In this document: in pieces, positions 12,143 to 25,165 of the stretch | Layout of the letters: the number at the start of each line of letters is the position of its first letter | Position numbering within the stretch: position 1 is the first letter of the stretch | NCBI GenBank assembly: GCA_036172245.1 | Contig: JAYWIR010000001.1 | Location: 4,712,001 to 4,776,000 of the forward strand | DNA from: Raillietiella orientalis | Taxonomy: Eukaryota | Reading direction: 5' to 3' | Length of the DNA stretch: 64,000 bases | Position numbers and translations under genes: made by a program | The notes under the pieces: model-generated | Databases searched by the model: none | Told to the model about the DNA's origin: nothing | What the model saw: the letters and a program-made list of their open reading frames with translations, nothing else

Positions 12143-13008
12143 GCCGGCGCTCGAGGGCAGCGTGGATGCGGTCTCCGAGCGTGACACCAGGTGTCGCGGG
12201 TTTGAGTCCTGCCCGGGGAAGGATCCATGCCGAAAGCGGGGGGTGAGTCGTGCGTTCCCAGTTCCCCTCCCCAGCAGGATGACTCTGGCTGGCCTGTAAG
12301 CTCGCGGTGCGGCACTAGTGGAAGCCGGAACCTCCCGGATGCTCCTGTTGACTGGCCTCCGGGATTGAAAGTTGACCCTCCGGGGTCCTTCCAGGAATCA
12401 AGAAGATAGCTCCCCTCCGGTTGAGAAAATGGAGTCCTCTATCGCATACCATGGTGATAGCTGGTTGATAGTGCCCTCGGGAGGTCGCCTCTCCAGGGTT
12501 TAAGAAGCACACTGCTCCCTCCTGGTGGTGGTGGGGGGAGCCCTACAGAGAAATCATGAAACGTATCCTCTGGGTTCTCTTCAGGGGAATAAGCCAGGAG
12601 AGGTTCCTTTCGGGCTCCCTCCTGAGATGAAATCCCACGAGCGCGTCCTTTCCAGGTTCCCTTCGGTGAAGAAACGAAGAATATCCCCTCCCCCTCCGGA
12701 AGATCCCTCCTGAGAGACTAAGCAAAAGGTAGGGAGCCCTGTTGCTCCCTACCAAGTGTAAGAGGAACGGATTCCTTCCTCCAGAGCCTTCCTGGATTCA
12801 AAGTGTGGTCCCTCCTGGGGCATCCCCTAACTTGAAGAGTCACACGCACCATCCAGTGGCGTGGACAGTGTCAAAGACCTTCGTATCTTCCCCCCTCCCT
12901 TTCTCCAAGGAGACGAACGGTCCTTCAGCACTTAGCTAACCTCTCCCAAGAAAACTGGGAGGAAGCAGCGAAACAGAACCCCAAAGCATTTTCATCACCC
13001 TAGGTCAA
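12143..13008 (+). mobile_element. Long tRNA-SINE family, full-length copy
   Basis: Head GGGTTTGAGTCC (B-box variant); body, array and tail collinear with the reverse complement of 8390-9255. Confidence 0.85.
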
Positions 13009-13009
13009 C

Positions 13010-13919
13010 CCCTTGTCCCCAGTGCCGCGCTACTTAAGGGACGTAAGGGACAGCGTAATCCCCACAAGGTGGGAAGTGACTTGCTGAGTAGCAGCAAAAA
13101 AGAAACTTCTGGGGGCATGGACAAACAAACCGAAGAGTGACGCACGCTGCAACCCCGAGTCTCCACCCCAAGGACTTCTAGACTGGGGAAAGATGCTCGA
13201 CATCCCTCTGGAGGAGGTGAATTGGCCCCCAGCGTGCTGGAACAGTGGCTCTCTTCCCCTCAAGCGGTAGGGACTGGCGCTGCTGGTGTTGCTTGGGAGA
13301 ATCCCGTGCAAAGCGCGCTTTCACCACTGGATACGGGGGGAGGGTGGGTGCTGATTGAGACAGGTGCGGCGAGAAGGAAACCCTCTCGCACTTGCTGTTG
13401 TACTGTGCTACTCTCCGACCCTTTGGGATCGCCTCGTGACGATGCTAGGTATCCCGGTGGGCAGTCCCAGGGACATTTTCAAACGCCTCTACGTGCGTCC
13501 CGTTCCTCCGCCAGCCGCGTCCCTCGCAGTTCCCTACCGTGTCCGCGGGAATGACAGAATAAGAGGCCGAAGTGGCAGAGACGCCATCCACTGGGCGCGG
13601 CTCTTCCTGAAGACCGCTTCGAGATGTCTCCACCTGGGCAAGACACGGACGGAACTTGCCGGCATCCTGAATAGGATGCAGAGGACTCTGGCAGCGTACC
13701 GTGACTTCTTCCCTGTGTAAAAACTCCCTTTCCCCCTGTTTTGTGTGTTTATTTTTTTTGTGTTTTTGTCTCCCCTTTCCCCGCGCTGACGAAGAGGACC
13801 TCGCCGGTCTGCGTGTCGCTCTTCGGCAGGTTCACTGCGCGTGGTAGAACCAACGGTTGTACCACACCAATGTGCTTTTATCACTTCACGTAATGAACGC
13901 CCTGGCATAACCGGATGAG
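13010..13919 (+). mobile_element. 5'-truncated L1/Tx1-like LINE (zf-RVT plus 3' UTR)
   Basis: WGKMLDIPLEEVNWP...LPLKR*GLALLVLLGRIPCKARFHHW...RCGEKETLSHLLLYC; ends AATGAACGCCCTGGCATAACCGG. Confidence 0.85.
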
Positions 13920-14450
13920 AATTATCCTTCCCAAAGGATGGATGGCGATGCGAGATCATTGTGGATTCGGTTCTGAGACCATCCTTGGCTGCAAAACAAG
14001 GAGGGAAGGATGCTGCTCAGTAGCACCGGAAGGGAAACAATTCCTTCCCATCAGTGGATTGAATCTACGGACCAACCGCACCCGTAAACCGAGCGTACCC
14101 AGCGACTTCCGCATTTCTTGCTCATCCAGTCCTCTGAGATGCGCCTACTGAGGCGCACCTCCACGGTTTCCAGGCGCACCGGCGTCTGCTTTCGCTCTCA
14201 GCAGGCCCGTAGCAGCAGCGACTGCATCTTCTGCGATGCGGCCGGTGCTCCGGAATCCTCGTTGCCACATGCAGCGAATTGTCGCTGCTGCCCTCGGGCC
14301 CTCTGCCTATCTGAAGAGTCGGTCGAATGCTGCGGATCGGGAACCTTCGGGAATCCCATTTCGAAATGATCGTATGAGACGCCACCTGTCTGCCTAAACC
14401 CTGCCTACAAGCTCTGCTTTGTACAGCTGTGCATCGAAAAAGGAAAAAAA
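13920..14450 (+). mobile_element. LINE 3' end of a different family (CCHC finger)
   Basis: RRTG...CIFCDAAGAPESSLPHAANC fits the LRTG...CxxC...ES..H...C C-terminal motif; A-rich tail at ~14437-14451. Confidence 0.5.
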
Positions 14451-15689
14451 AGTTGTACAGCTATATAAATACTTGTCTCATACTACATGTCGATGTCATG
14501 TAAGTCCCATATCTACTTTACGATTAGATTTTTTTTTTTCTGACCGTTTTTCGTGGTCTTCATGTTCATATGTATTTTGTGCACGCCCTCGTGAGTGTCA
14601 TTTGTGTGCTTACGTATTCCTGAATCATATGTGCTTTTACATATTCGACAGTTCGACGTTGCTGCTGTTGTGTGTGGTAGTCACAATGTGCACAGTTTAG
14701 TAGATGTTTCTGGCATCACACGATTGGGGCGAGTCAACAGCCCGCTCCTCCTTCGCCCTGTTGCTCAAGCAGTCATCACCTTCGGCGGTTTGGGAACTTC
14801 CTAATTCCGGGCGTCTCTGCCCGGTCCAAACTCTCCGGAGGATCGTGAGCGAGAAATGAAGGAGCACCAGACGCGCGGGAAGTGAAGCTCGAAAGCGCAC
14901 CGCCGAACTCCACGGGCGCCATCCAGGTGAGAGGAACTGCCTGGAGTCCGGAATCGTGTCGGGCGGGCGTCTTCCGAGTGCGGTGCATCACGAGAGGAGA
15001 GAGTTGCCCGTAATTGGTTTGTGTACATAGCCAAAGGGTTCCTTCGTGCTTACGGCCGTCTGGCGCGAAACGCAGAATTAAATGGAGATAATTATTCGGA
15101 GCAAAAATAAGCGGAGATGCCAGAACAAACAAGGAGAGGGGGCGGAGAAGGAAATCGGCCAGGTAAGGAGCTTTCTCCCTGGCCTCTCATTGGTGAAAAC
15201 AGCGCAGCATCAGCATCAACGGATGGTTTCCCTCTTCAGGTTGGGAACTCGAATCCACAAGCCACCAAAGCCGCGTCGATAAATGCACACTTGGCAGCCC
15301 TCTCTAGAAGGGCAAAGGGTGTCGGTACCGTTCTATCCCTGCTCAAAGTCTCTCGACGCATACGCGTATTTCTGGTGCTCTTCTGGGAAGGGCGTGGCTA
15401 AGAGACGCTGGAAAGTGGCAGCTTGAATTTTGACCGTAAAGAAGACCCTGGATCGAAACCGGGACATCTTCTTTGAGATTTCGAATTTCCATCGTTGCGG
15501 GGTTCCTTCGAAAGTTGGGACGCAAAGAGGTAGTGATCGTGATCAGTGATGCTGCCCCAAAAATGCTCCCAGGATTTCGCAAAGGGAAGATCAGGGAAGA
15601 AGATGCTTGCTTCGAGGCTACAATTCCACAGCTTTAGTCGGCGAAGCAGAAAACGTTCCCTCGTCTCTTTTCTTTTTGAGTTCCTCCTT

Positions 15690-16385
15690 TCCTTAGTCCT
15701 CAAGGAGTGCTGAAGGACCGTTCGTCTCCTTAAAGGTGGCTCACAAAGCTCTTGAACACTATTCAAGCCACCTGAGGGTGAGTGTAACTCTTCAACTCAC
15801 CTCGGAGGGATCATCCCATGAATCCAGGCTCCGGAGGAAGGAGTCAGTCCCTCTTACGCTTGGATTGGGAACCCCGAGGGGAACTTCTTCCTTGTTCTCA
15901 CAGGAGGGACACCCTGGTAGGATTCACTCCTCGTTTCTTCCCCGAAGGGGACCCTGAAAGGGTCCGCTATTGGAATTTCTTCTCCGGAAGGAACTCGCAA
16001 GGGGACCGTTGCTAGATTCCTCCTCTGAAGAGCAATCTTAAAGGGACGCTTCCCGATTTCTCTGAAGGGCGCTTCGTGCCCTCTGGAGTGGCAATCCCCG
16101 AAGGGTGTATCAACCATCTCATGGTATGGCTTCATGTTCACAACCGGAAGGGGAATCCCGAAGGATTCCTGGAAGGACCCCGGAGGGTCAGTTTTCAATT
16201 CCCGCCAGTCAACGGGGATATCCGGTTTCCACCCGCACCGCTCCCCAAGCCTATGCGCCAACCAGCGTCGTCCTCCGTGAAGAACTCGAAACCCACAATG
16301 CACCCATTTCTCGGCGTTGATCCTCCAAATTGGGATTCGAACCCGCAGAGCCAGGAAACCGTTGCCACACGGCCGCCAACGCGGG
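15690..16385 (-). mobile_element. Long tRNA-SINE family copy
   Basis: Perfect B-box GGTTCGAATCC (16333-16343, minus strand); body, array and tail motifs present. Confidence 0.85.
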
Positions 16386-17559
16386 AAATGAATGGGAAAG
16401 GAATGTTTCCCTGTGTTGTGCTGCTGAGCAGCAGCAGCCACCTCGTTCTGCAGCCAGTGGATGGTTTCCAGAACCGACTCCAAACTGATCCTGCATAGCC
16501 ATCCATTTATTTTAAGCAGATGTAAGTGCAACGTCCTTCGCATTGCTAACAATCTGGCTGGCCATCAAGTGGTCAAAACCGGCAGATCCACCTCAAGATA
16601 ACAAGCGAACGGAGAAATGGAAGTTAAAAGCAAGCATTCGTAATCTTCGTTGGCGAAGGCACGTAGAAGACTTTTTTTTTTCGCTCTTCCTCCCCTCTCC
16701 CCCCCCCCCTGCCAGGCGTTCGACTCGCTAAGCGCCTCGCCATGAATACGCGGAGCTCATTTTCCGCAGCATGAGAGAACGCGGAAGGATGCACGCGGTA
16801 TCCAGCGTTGTCAAGTGCTGGCAAGATCGGCCGAGCTCCCTGATTGAGACAGAAAAATAAAACAGGGGCAGAGTAAAAAAGGCTCGATGAAAACACCCAT
16901 ACACACACACACAGGCGCACGCACACGAAAAGAGATCCAAACGGCTGTTCTTTTAGACCTACTACTTGGATGCCTGCCAAACACTCCCGTTAGGAAGCTG
17001 GCGTGTTCTTATTAATACGAACGCTGACCTTGAACATGTTTCTGATTTACACGGAGCAAGAAAACACACACACAAAAAAGGGGAAAAGTGACTACAGATG
17101 CCGTGCTACCTCGCTCGCGATTGCCAAACAAGCCTGCTGGTGGTTGAACTCCCCCAAAATCCGGTGGCTTAATAACGGCCGATTGGTCCTCTCAGCTGAG
17201 TTGACGAATCTCGATGGAAACGCAGGAGAGGAATCATGCCACCGAGAACCACAAGAAACCAAGCAAAGTTCCGACTGGGGAAGTGTCCTAGAAGGAAGGG
17301 ATCGAGGCTCTTCTGTTCCCCTGCTAAGTGCTTCGAGTTCGAGCAGCAGCAACACTCGGTTTGCGCACCTCGTGGCGTCGTCCACTTTAAAAAAAAAAAA
17401 AAAGGAAAAGAAGACGGTGGATGGATTGGACGGGAAATGCAAAGCAACGGATGCGACGTAGCGACGGATAGAAAGAGGACTCGGATCTATGAAAATGAGA
17501 CCAGCCGATTTTCTCGAGCCATCTCCGAGCGAGGTTCACGCATAACGGAAACACAGCAA

Positions 17560-18330
17560 GCTGACCTGGTGGGATGAGTGACAGATACAACTCGCTAGGC
17601 AGCGTTTTGCACCTTCCAGACTCCTTAGGCGCGTGAGGGAACGAATGGCATCCTCCCCCTTCTGCTGTTCGTTCCAAAAGCGCGAACTGAAACCAGCTAC
17701 TTCGTCAAATCCGCTTCCCGCCCTCACGCCTGTTCTGAGAGGAGCGCTTGTATCGGATTGCGGAAGAACGGGCCACTCAGCCTCTCGTCATCCCGGAACA
17801 GTGCATCTCCACTCGTACGTGCTTCAAATTGCTGGAAACTTTTCCTCTTTCCTGCTTCTTTGCCAGGGCTGGCGCGATTCGCTCGCTGGGTTCACTACAC
17901 TCCCTCTCAGCGCGTTCCGTAGCGCTCAAGGTCACCGAAGAACGTCGCCTGGCGACCGGTGAGAGCTCCTGGGGACGGTCTTGCTGCGAGCCAGCGCAGG
18001 TTCCGAACAAACAATTCCGGAGGTGACAAGAGGAGAAGATGAGCGGCGCGCCCGCATCCTTGGCGTTTTCCGAAGCCTCGGGAACAAGAACGCCCTTCCT
18101 CGCCGCGTTCGTTGCTACCCTCCCACTCAAGGCTCGTGAGCTGGAGCATCGGAAACACTCCCACTCGCAGGTGCAAATACCTCGATGTGCCTGCCGTGAG
18201 CTGTGCGAGCGCTTACTGTGAACACCATGGCTGCCTCGCGAAGGCTGGACCGCTAGCCTGCCGTCCTGTCATGCCGAAACCACTCACTCGACATGAATAA
18301 ACGAATAAGTGCATCCTAAGAAGGGGTGAG
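17560..18330 (+). mobile_element. Possible LINE 3' remnant
   Basis: LCQGWRDSL zinc-finger-like remnant; ends in AATAAACGAATAAG...GGGGTGAGA. Confidence 0.3.
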
Positions 18331-18769
18331 ACGTTCTCTGGACCCAAAGAAAAAGGGCCCGGACTTCACATGTCCTCACTGAGCAGGAATAGGTAGGAGA
18401 GCGAGGGAAGCCGATAAGCAAACTGAGGAAGAAAAACAAAAGAAAAGAAAAAAGTCAATCGGGACGTGGTGATCAAGGTTTTCGGGGAGTTAAACTTTAC
18501 CGTTGAATTTAACCGGTGAGAGCTGATTCGATAGAGGAAACAGAAATGGCGGCGCTCTTCGATCGGGATGAAGCCCGCCAGCTGTGCTGCTGCGTGAAAG
18601 TGTGTCTGACCTGGCTGGGGGGCGATTTTGGAGACTTCGCTGGTGATCCGACTGGATTCTCAAGTGGCGGCCGCTGATGAAGGGAGGAAGGAGCAATCCT
18701 GGATTCTGGATGGCGTTTCCTCTATCCTCATGAGTTGAGTCCTTGACGGCAATCTCGGAGTCTCATGCG

Positions 18770-19435
18770 CTGTGTTCTGAAGAACCGCTCGCCTGGGGGC
18801 TCACGGGGCTCTTTGGCACAGTCCACGCTACCCGAGGGTGCATGCTCACTCTTCAATTAAGGGGGTGCTACGGTAGGGGATCACCCTATGAATCCAGGAA
18901 GCCTCCGGAGGAAGGAGTCGGTCCCCCTTACGCTTGGTAGGGAATCCCGGAGAACTCTCGTCCTGGTTGTCTCAGAAGGGAACTCCCAAAGGACTTATTC
19001 TTCCTTATTCCCTCATGGGGGTCGTTTCTTCTCCAGAGGGAGTCTGCAAGGGAACCGCTCCTGGTTTCTTCCTCTGAACAGGAACCTTGAAGAGACGCTT
19101 CCCTATTTCTCTGGAGGGCGCTTCTCGTACTCTGGAGAGGCAACTACCGAAAGGGGTAAGAACCAGCTCCATGGTACGGCTCCATCTTGACAGCCGGAGG
19201 GGAACCGGCGCTCCCTGACTCCTGGAATGACCCTGGAGGGTCAACTTCCAATCCCGTCCAGAAAACGTGAGCGTCAGGTTTCCGCCAGTGCCACACCCGA
19301 AGTCTACAGGCGAACCAGCGTCGTCCTGCGCAAACGACTCGAAATCCACGACGCACTCCGATCTCTCGGCGTCGATCCCTCCCCGGGCGGGATTCAAACC
19401 CGCGCAACGCTTGGTGCCAGGCTCGGGGACCCCAG
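18770..19435 (-). mobile_element. Long tRNA-SINE family copy
   Basis: Head GGCACCAAGCGTTGCGCGGGTTTGAATCCCGCC; body, array and tail motifs present. Confidence 0.85.
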
Positions 19436-21254
19436 CCAACTCGAGCGGAAACTGGGAACTGCTCGGTCAGCTAAGCCAAGCGGGAGCCGCTTCACGGATC
19501 CACGCAGGAATGGGCGCAGCAGCCCATTCCTGCGTGCCCCGGGAGCGCTCCCGGAAGGCGGACTCCAGAAACTTCACAGTCCTGTGGAACAGGACGGGAA
19601 GCGTAAGGTCCACGAAGATGTCCGCTTCCGGGAAGGGCATCGTTCCCACGGCTGGAAAAGCGTTCCTCCCAGGCAGCCAGCTACCCGATGAATGCGTCAG
19701 CTCGGGGCGGAAGTAGTGTTCCGCCCGCGGGTGGAGTGTCGAGGGGATTATTCCCAGGACCCTCATCAGAAGTCACAGCTCGGAAGCTGCCAATGCAAAG
19801 ATAAGGAGGGGGTGAAGAAGAAGGAAAAGAATTCTGAAAGCGGAATCCGGGAAAACGGGACGCTGAGCAGCGAGTGCAGGGAGCCGATTCGACATCGCAG
19901 ACACAAAGGCTGGGGAGCTGAGGCGAGACCTTCGGAATCGCTCACGGGAAGGAGAGCCGTGCCTCTGAGAGATGTGCCAGATGCTCCAGGTGATTGTCAC
20001 ACGGGAAGAAGGAAGGGAGTGTGAGAGCAGTCGTCCATATTAATTCCGTGGTCACTCTGCAAGGAAGCTCACGGTCGTCGCGACGAGGCCTCCCATCTCT
20101 GTGCATGCCCACGCGACATGGTTGTGTAGAATCGCTTAAGAGTTTCCGCACTATACATAGGACGAATCTTCCAGTCTTAGGGATACCATCGTACTGTACT
20201 AGTCTTCTAGGGCAGTTTGTGAATTTCCCCATTAGCCTTCACGGGTGCAAAGCAGCTGCTGCTCGTGCGGCTCTGTGGAAGGGGGGCGAGGGGGAGCACA
20301 CCTCGGCGGCATCCCAGAAGGAAATCGCACTCTCCGAGAGCACCACACCCAAAGATCTCTCGCGAGCTCGAGTCTTCGCGGACTTCTCCGTCGCGGAAGG
20401 GGAGAGACTCCGGTCTCACCCCAGAAACAGAATGCATTTCCACGTGACGTCATGGGGGCCCGTTTGCGTACACCAAGGCACTGCAAAGGCGGAACGTGTG
20501 TGTCTCTCGTCTTCCTCCTCTTTCGGTCCTCCACTGTTCGATCCTCACCCATGCACTTTCTTCGATCCCTGCTTGGCTATCTGCTAGCAACAGGTGCATC
20601 CAAGGAGAGGAGAGATTGTTCCTCTCCTCATCTCGAAGGTCACCGCTGCGACAAGGCGAAATCCGGAAATCCGCAGGAAAGCGACGAGAGGAAGCACCGA
20701 GCCTGTGGGACCGACGTCTTGCCGTTCGTCGGATTCAAGCCTTCGGGAGGGGAGACCTCATCCATCGGTGGGCTGTGGCGTCCGGGGGACGCGTTCTGGG
20801 AATTAACCTGCTTCCATCACCGCGTATCGTGTTAGAGCTGTCGACGGCGCTGAAGCACCCTGTTCAGATCGCATTTTGAGAAAAGAGGAGGCTTCAAATC
20901 CTCTTCGGGAAGAGACGAGCCAGAAAGCAGGGGGGAGAGAGAGCGGGAGAGGGCGAGAAACAGTCAAACTTTCAATTTTTTTCTCTGCCAAAAAAAAATT
21001 CCACTTCCGTTTCCTGTTTGGATTTTTTGCCGAACTCTTGAAGACGGAGTATCGTCAGCTGCGATCGCCGCTGCGACAGCTGCTGGCTGCCGAATCCGAT
21101 GTACCAAGAAATGCCATTTCTTCCCCGCCTCCCCTCCCCCTCATGAATACTTGAGCCAAAAATGATTTCGCTTTTTAAGATTTGCACGACTCGCTCCCGC
21201 CGTGGCAGAAAAACTGCACCCCTGGATACGGTTTTCTGGGAGAAAGCCCCGGCG

Positions 21255-21432
21255 CCGTCTTCCTCTTCCTCCCTTTCCTCCTCCTACCCATCCTCACTTT
21301 CGTCGTCACCATCATCGTTATTATCCTCATCGTCATCTTCATCATCTTCATCGTCAGTACCATCACTGTCATTGTCATCGCATCGCCATCATGGTCATCA
21401 CCACTGCCACCACCACCATCATCATCACCACG
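21255..21432. repeat. Degenerate (TCA/TCC/CAC)n trinucleotide low-complexity tract
   Basis: Runs such as CATCGTCATCTTCATCATCTTCATCGTCA and CACCACCACCATCATCATCACCAC. Confidence 0.9.
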
Positions 21433-22199
21433 AAAGCGAAAATGCCGAGAACCGAAATCCCTCCTCTCCTCAGCCGATCGGCACATTCTCGCTGAGACAC
21501 GAATCCACGCCTCTCGGCTCATTCAGTATTGGACCTTTGCCTGAGGTCTCCCTGCAGTTTGACCGTCCTTAGCTCCTTCTGCACGGGGGGCGGCACCTCC
21601 TCAGATGTGCATCCTGACATGATTGTTCACATGTCTGCTTGAATGAAAGCTTCTCAGCAGCACTCTCAGCACTCCGTCGTTCTTCGCATCCGCAAATCCC
21701 AAAGGAGAGACTCTTTGCCCTCACGGTAGGGGGGAGTCAGATCCTTCTGGAGGCGAAGCCGGGAACCCATCTTCCGTGTTTTTGCCCTCTTCCTTTGCCT
21801 TGCTTTTTCCAAACCGTCACCGAGAATATCTCGTCACGCGGGCTAGAAGCTGCTGACAGTGACCACTTGGCCCCCCAGTCGCCTTTAAAGGCTTCCGGTC
21901 AGGATGACTTCCGTTCTTCGCTGCCGGCGTCCTTACTCAAGAAGCCGTTGATCCCTGGATCCAGGTGAGAATGGAAGTGGAGCTGCTGATCCCCAAGGAG
22001 ATCGACTAATGCAAGGGCGAGCTGTTCCTCTTCCAGTTGCTGGAGAACATCGACGTGCGCCGGGCGATCACCCACAGGAACTCCCTGACGCGTCTGGACT
22101 CGAAGATCCACACGGACGCCCTCATGGGGAAGCACCTGAGAGTGTGTGGTCTGCACTTCACCTTCCGCAAGAAGGTCGTCGTTACTTTGCTGTGTGCTT

Positions 22200-23000
22200 T
22201 CAAGCTCTCCTGAGAAGATGAGATGCGCGCTGCGAGGCGTGCGGGAGGAACGTGCGCTGGTGCAGTACCAGAAGCAACGAGAGCATCACTCACGAGAAGG
22301 GCAACGTCTGCATCTTCACCGAGCTCTGCGACAGTACGGGAGGCTGTTGGAGCGTCGACGTCTTCTGCTCGAGCGACCGACTAGAGTTCTCGTCGCTGCT
22401 GCCAGTGCCTCTGCGGGCACGATAAAAAGCATCCACAGCAGCAGACGACTCGACACGAGAGCTTCTGTGGCTTTCTGCCGCACTCACAGGCCCCGTGAGA
22501 CTCTTGGAAATCACATGGGTTCATGAAGATGAAATGTAGCAGCTCGACAGCATCCCTTGCAACTGAAGATGCGCTCTTCCATCCTCCGGAAGACTCTTGG
22601 AGTCCACGTTTCCTCAGGGAACATCCACCTTCACGACTATCCCCTCATCTATCTGTCTGCCGCAGAGGACGCATCTCGGGACTCACCTCCTGAGCTGAGT
22701 CGCTGCAGGACCCCTCGGATCTGCTCTTTGCCCATCCGAGAGCAAGAGGAAACGCCGTCGCCGATTTGTGACCATCGCAGAGGTGCGGGGGAGAGCAGCT
22801 GCGAGGACGAGAAGGCGAAGAGCGCCTCCTCCTCGAGAGACGATGCCACTGAGTCGCCACCAGTCGAGTCCGGAGAGACGGAAAACCACGAATGACCGAC
22901 GCTGGAAATCTCCCGCTGAGGCACCGGAGGAGGCAAGACGGAGGAAGGAGAGCAAGGATCGGCTCTCCGCCTCGCCGACGGAGAGGCACCAGCGTTCTCC
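22200..23000 (-). mobile_element. LINE ORF1-like remnant (homologous to 23800-24520)
   Basis: CTGAAGATGCGCTCTTCCATCCTCCGGAAGACTCTTG recurs at ~24257; QPP and CSRC knuckle-like remnants on the minus strand. Confidence 0.45.
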
Positions 23001-23799
23001 AGCGCGGTCGCCGTGGAGTTCCAGGAACCACGAAGACAACAGACGGAACACTGAAAGAACTCCGAGATGAGGGTAGGATCACGTTAGGGAAATGGTGCGC
23101 ATAAGCTGCTGCAGGAAGATGTACTGGAAGCTGGGCCACCAGATGAGGTGGAAAACCTTTGATGAAACCACCTCCCAGGGTGAAGATGGGGTGAAGAGAG
23201 CAGCTAGACAGTGAAGATGATGGAGGATGCCCTGGTCGTGGGTCGTACCCACAGGCACATCGTTGCTGAACACGAGCACAGAGAAATCCTTGCTTTCAGG
23301 AGAAGTTGCGAAGAAGTTCTGCAAGCGTGTTTCAAGCCTCATCGTTTCTCGAGTCTCACGTTCCGCGATGGAGCTGACCTAGTGCAGCAAGGTCATCCAA
23401 TGGCTTGTCCGGTGCCACTCACAAGGAGGCGGTCTGGGTACGCTTTGCAGCGGCTGCCCTTATTCGCTTTCAGGGTGCCTTTCCTCACATTCTGCCGCGT
23501 CCATGCGCGTATTAGCACGGGTTGTGTGCAGTCAGTGGTGGTTCACTCGTCTCGCGATCTGCCTTCCGGTGCGCAGCAATCCGCTCAAACGGGGCAAAAC
23601 AGTAGCACAGTCTCTGCCGGCGGACGAGCTGCTTGGCAACCGCACAAGCGGCTTTGCCATCGGAAACGACTTTTGCGTTTTCTCCTTTGAATTCAGTCCC
23701 GTAGCTACGGAGCTGAAGCGGCCCGGCCCGAAACGCTCCTTTCCCGATTCCGATGAAACAGGGAGACCCCCTTTTTTTTCTGTGGGGACGGGGTGGAGG

Positions 23800-24520
23800 G
23801 AGGGCAGGCTGCAGTGAGGGGCGAGATGCCTTACGGCGAGAATGTCGAGCAGGCCGGGCATGGCAAGACCAAGAATCTGCAAGCGCTGAAGAGTCCAGGT
23901 AGCACCCCTGTAGTTTTCCGCGGAAGACGCGAGAGCCACCTGTGCGGTGGCTGCTTCGAGCAGTTGGTTTGCCCATCTCGGATGCTCGAAAGGAGTGCGC
24001 AGCTGCATGGGACCGAGATGAGGAGAGAACGTTCCATTTACCCCCCCCCCCCTCCTATCCCTATCTAAAAGAAGGTCACGAGGTTGGAAGAAGATCGATG
24101 CAAGTTGGACAGGCAGGTAAAACGAGAAGGATTTCAGTCTTGCTGATTGGACCAAATGGCTCGTCGAGCTCAGACAACTTCCTGGAGCTTCCAGAGTCGG
24201 ATTGCTACCGTCCTACGTCTTCTCGCTTCCAGATCAAACTTCCAGCCACCCTGATCCTGAAGTTGCGCTCTTCCATCCTCAGGAAGGCTCTTGTTGTGCT
24301 CGTTCCTCTCCGTCCAAATTTCTGCAGGGAGCGTCCGCCTTCTATGACGACCTCGTCGTCTGCCGATCTGCTGCAGAAGAGCGACCTTCTAGTGAAGGCA
24401 CCGACTTCAGGTTTTCCAGGATGAGAGATGCAACGGAATCCGATAGCGTGCCCCAGGTGCCAGAGACGCAGAATGGCGACGTGCGACGTGTTTTCCTTGC
24501 AGGCTCCCGCCGGTAGCGGA
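23800..24520 (-). mobile_element. LINE ORF1-like remnant (homologous to 22200-23000)
   Basis: Collinear nucleotide similarity between 24240-24450 and 22550-22870. Confidence 0.45.
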
Positions 24521-24559
24521 CCGATCCGGGAAAGCAGAGAGGAAGGCGCGCGGTGCCTC

Positions 24560-25100
24560 GCCGAAGCGCCGCTGACGAGTCCGCCGGTCTAGCCGTCCCC
24601 GGAACAAGCCGGTGGCGGTCCTCCTGTTCCTCCCATTTTCTGCCGCCCTCCCTGCGCCGATCGCCGGAAGCGAGAGCGCGGTTCCTCGAGCTCGGGCTCC
24701 GTCGCGGTAAAGGGGAACCATCGGTTTTCAGTTTTTCCGGTCCGCCACCTCGGTGCCCCCCCTTCCTCATCGCATCCGCTTCGCTTCGGAAGGCTCGCAG
24801 TTCGCAGACTTGCCTCACATAGGCTCCGGGGCCGATACTCGCTTTCCTGCCTGAGGTACTTGCAATCTGCACGGCGGCGCGTGTCTGAGCGTTGAAGCAC
24901 GATTTCTTTGGCGCCCACTTTTAAAACGCTCTGTGGGGGCGTCAGCTTTCCTGCTCCAACCTCAGAGAGGATCTGCAGTCTGCTGCCGCCGTGGAAGGAA
25001 TTCGTCACCACGGATGGATAATCCAATCCTCCCGTTTCCAGAGCCTCCGCATTCCTTGTCTTGCATCCCGATGGGATTGCTGAAGAGTGGATGAAAATTA
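24560..25100 (-). mobile_element. Possible LINE ORF1 zinc-knuckle remnant
   Basis: RQVCELR...RKGGH degenerate knuckle pattern. Confidence 0.3.
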
Positions 25101-25165
25101 ACCCTGCATCTCTTTTCGACTGCCTGAGATGGGCAAACCAGCTGCTCGAAGCAGTCACCGCATTG

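Noticed and set aside
12540..12760. SINE internal repeats as a CRISPR-like array
   Set aside because: The units are degenerate tandem repeats without unique spacers, lie inside a dispersed eukaryotic repeat, and no cas genes are present
13819..13829. CTCTTCGGCAG shared between the LINE 3' UTR and the U6 copy's 5' stem
   Set aside because: Only 11 nt, not conserved in the other LINE copies, and compatible with chance
13785..13830. CTGACGA followed by a stem, resembling a hammerhead ribozyme core in the LINE 3' UTR
   Set aside because: The required GAAA after stem II is absent, and the motif is not kept in the other family copies
21162..21572. Poly-Ser/poly-His ORF resembling a transcription-factor exon
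   Set aside because: Explained by a trinucleotide low-complexity tract that is open in most frames; no domain or splice evidence
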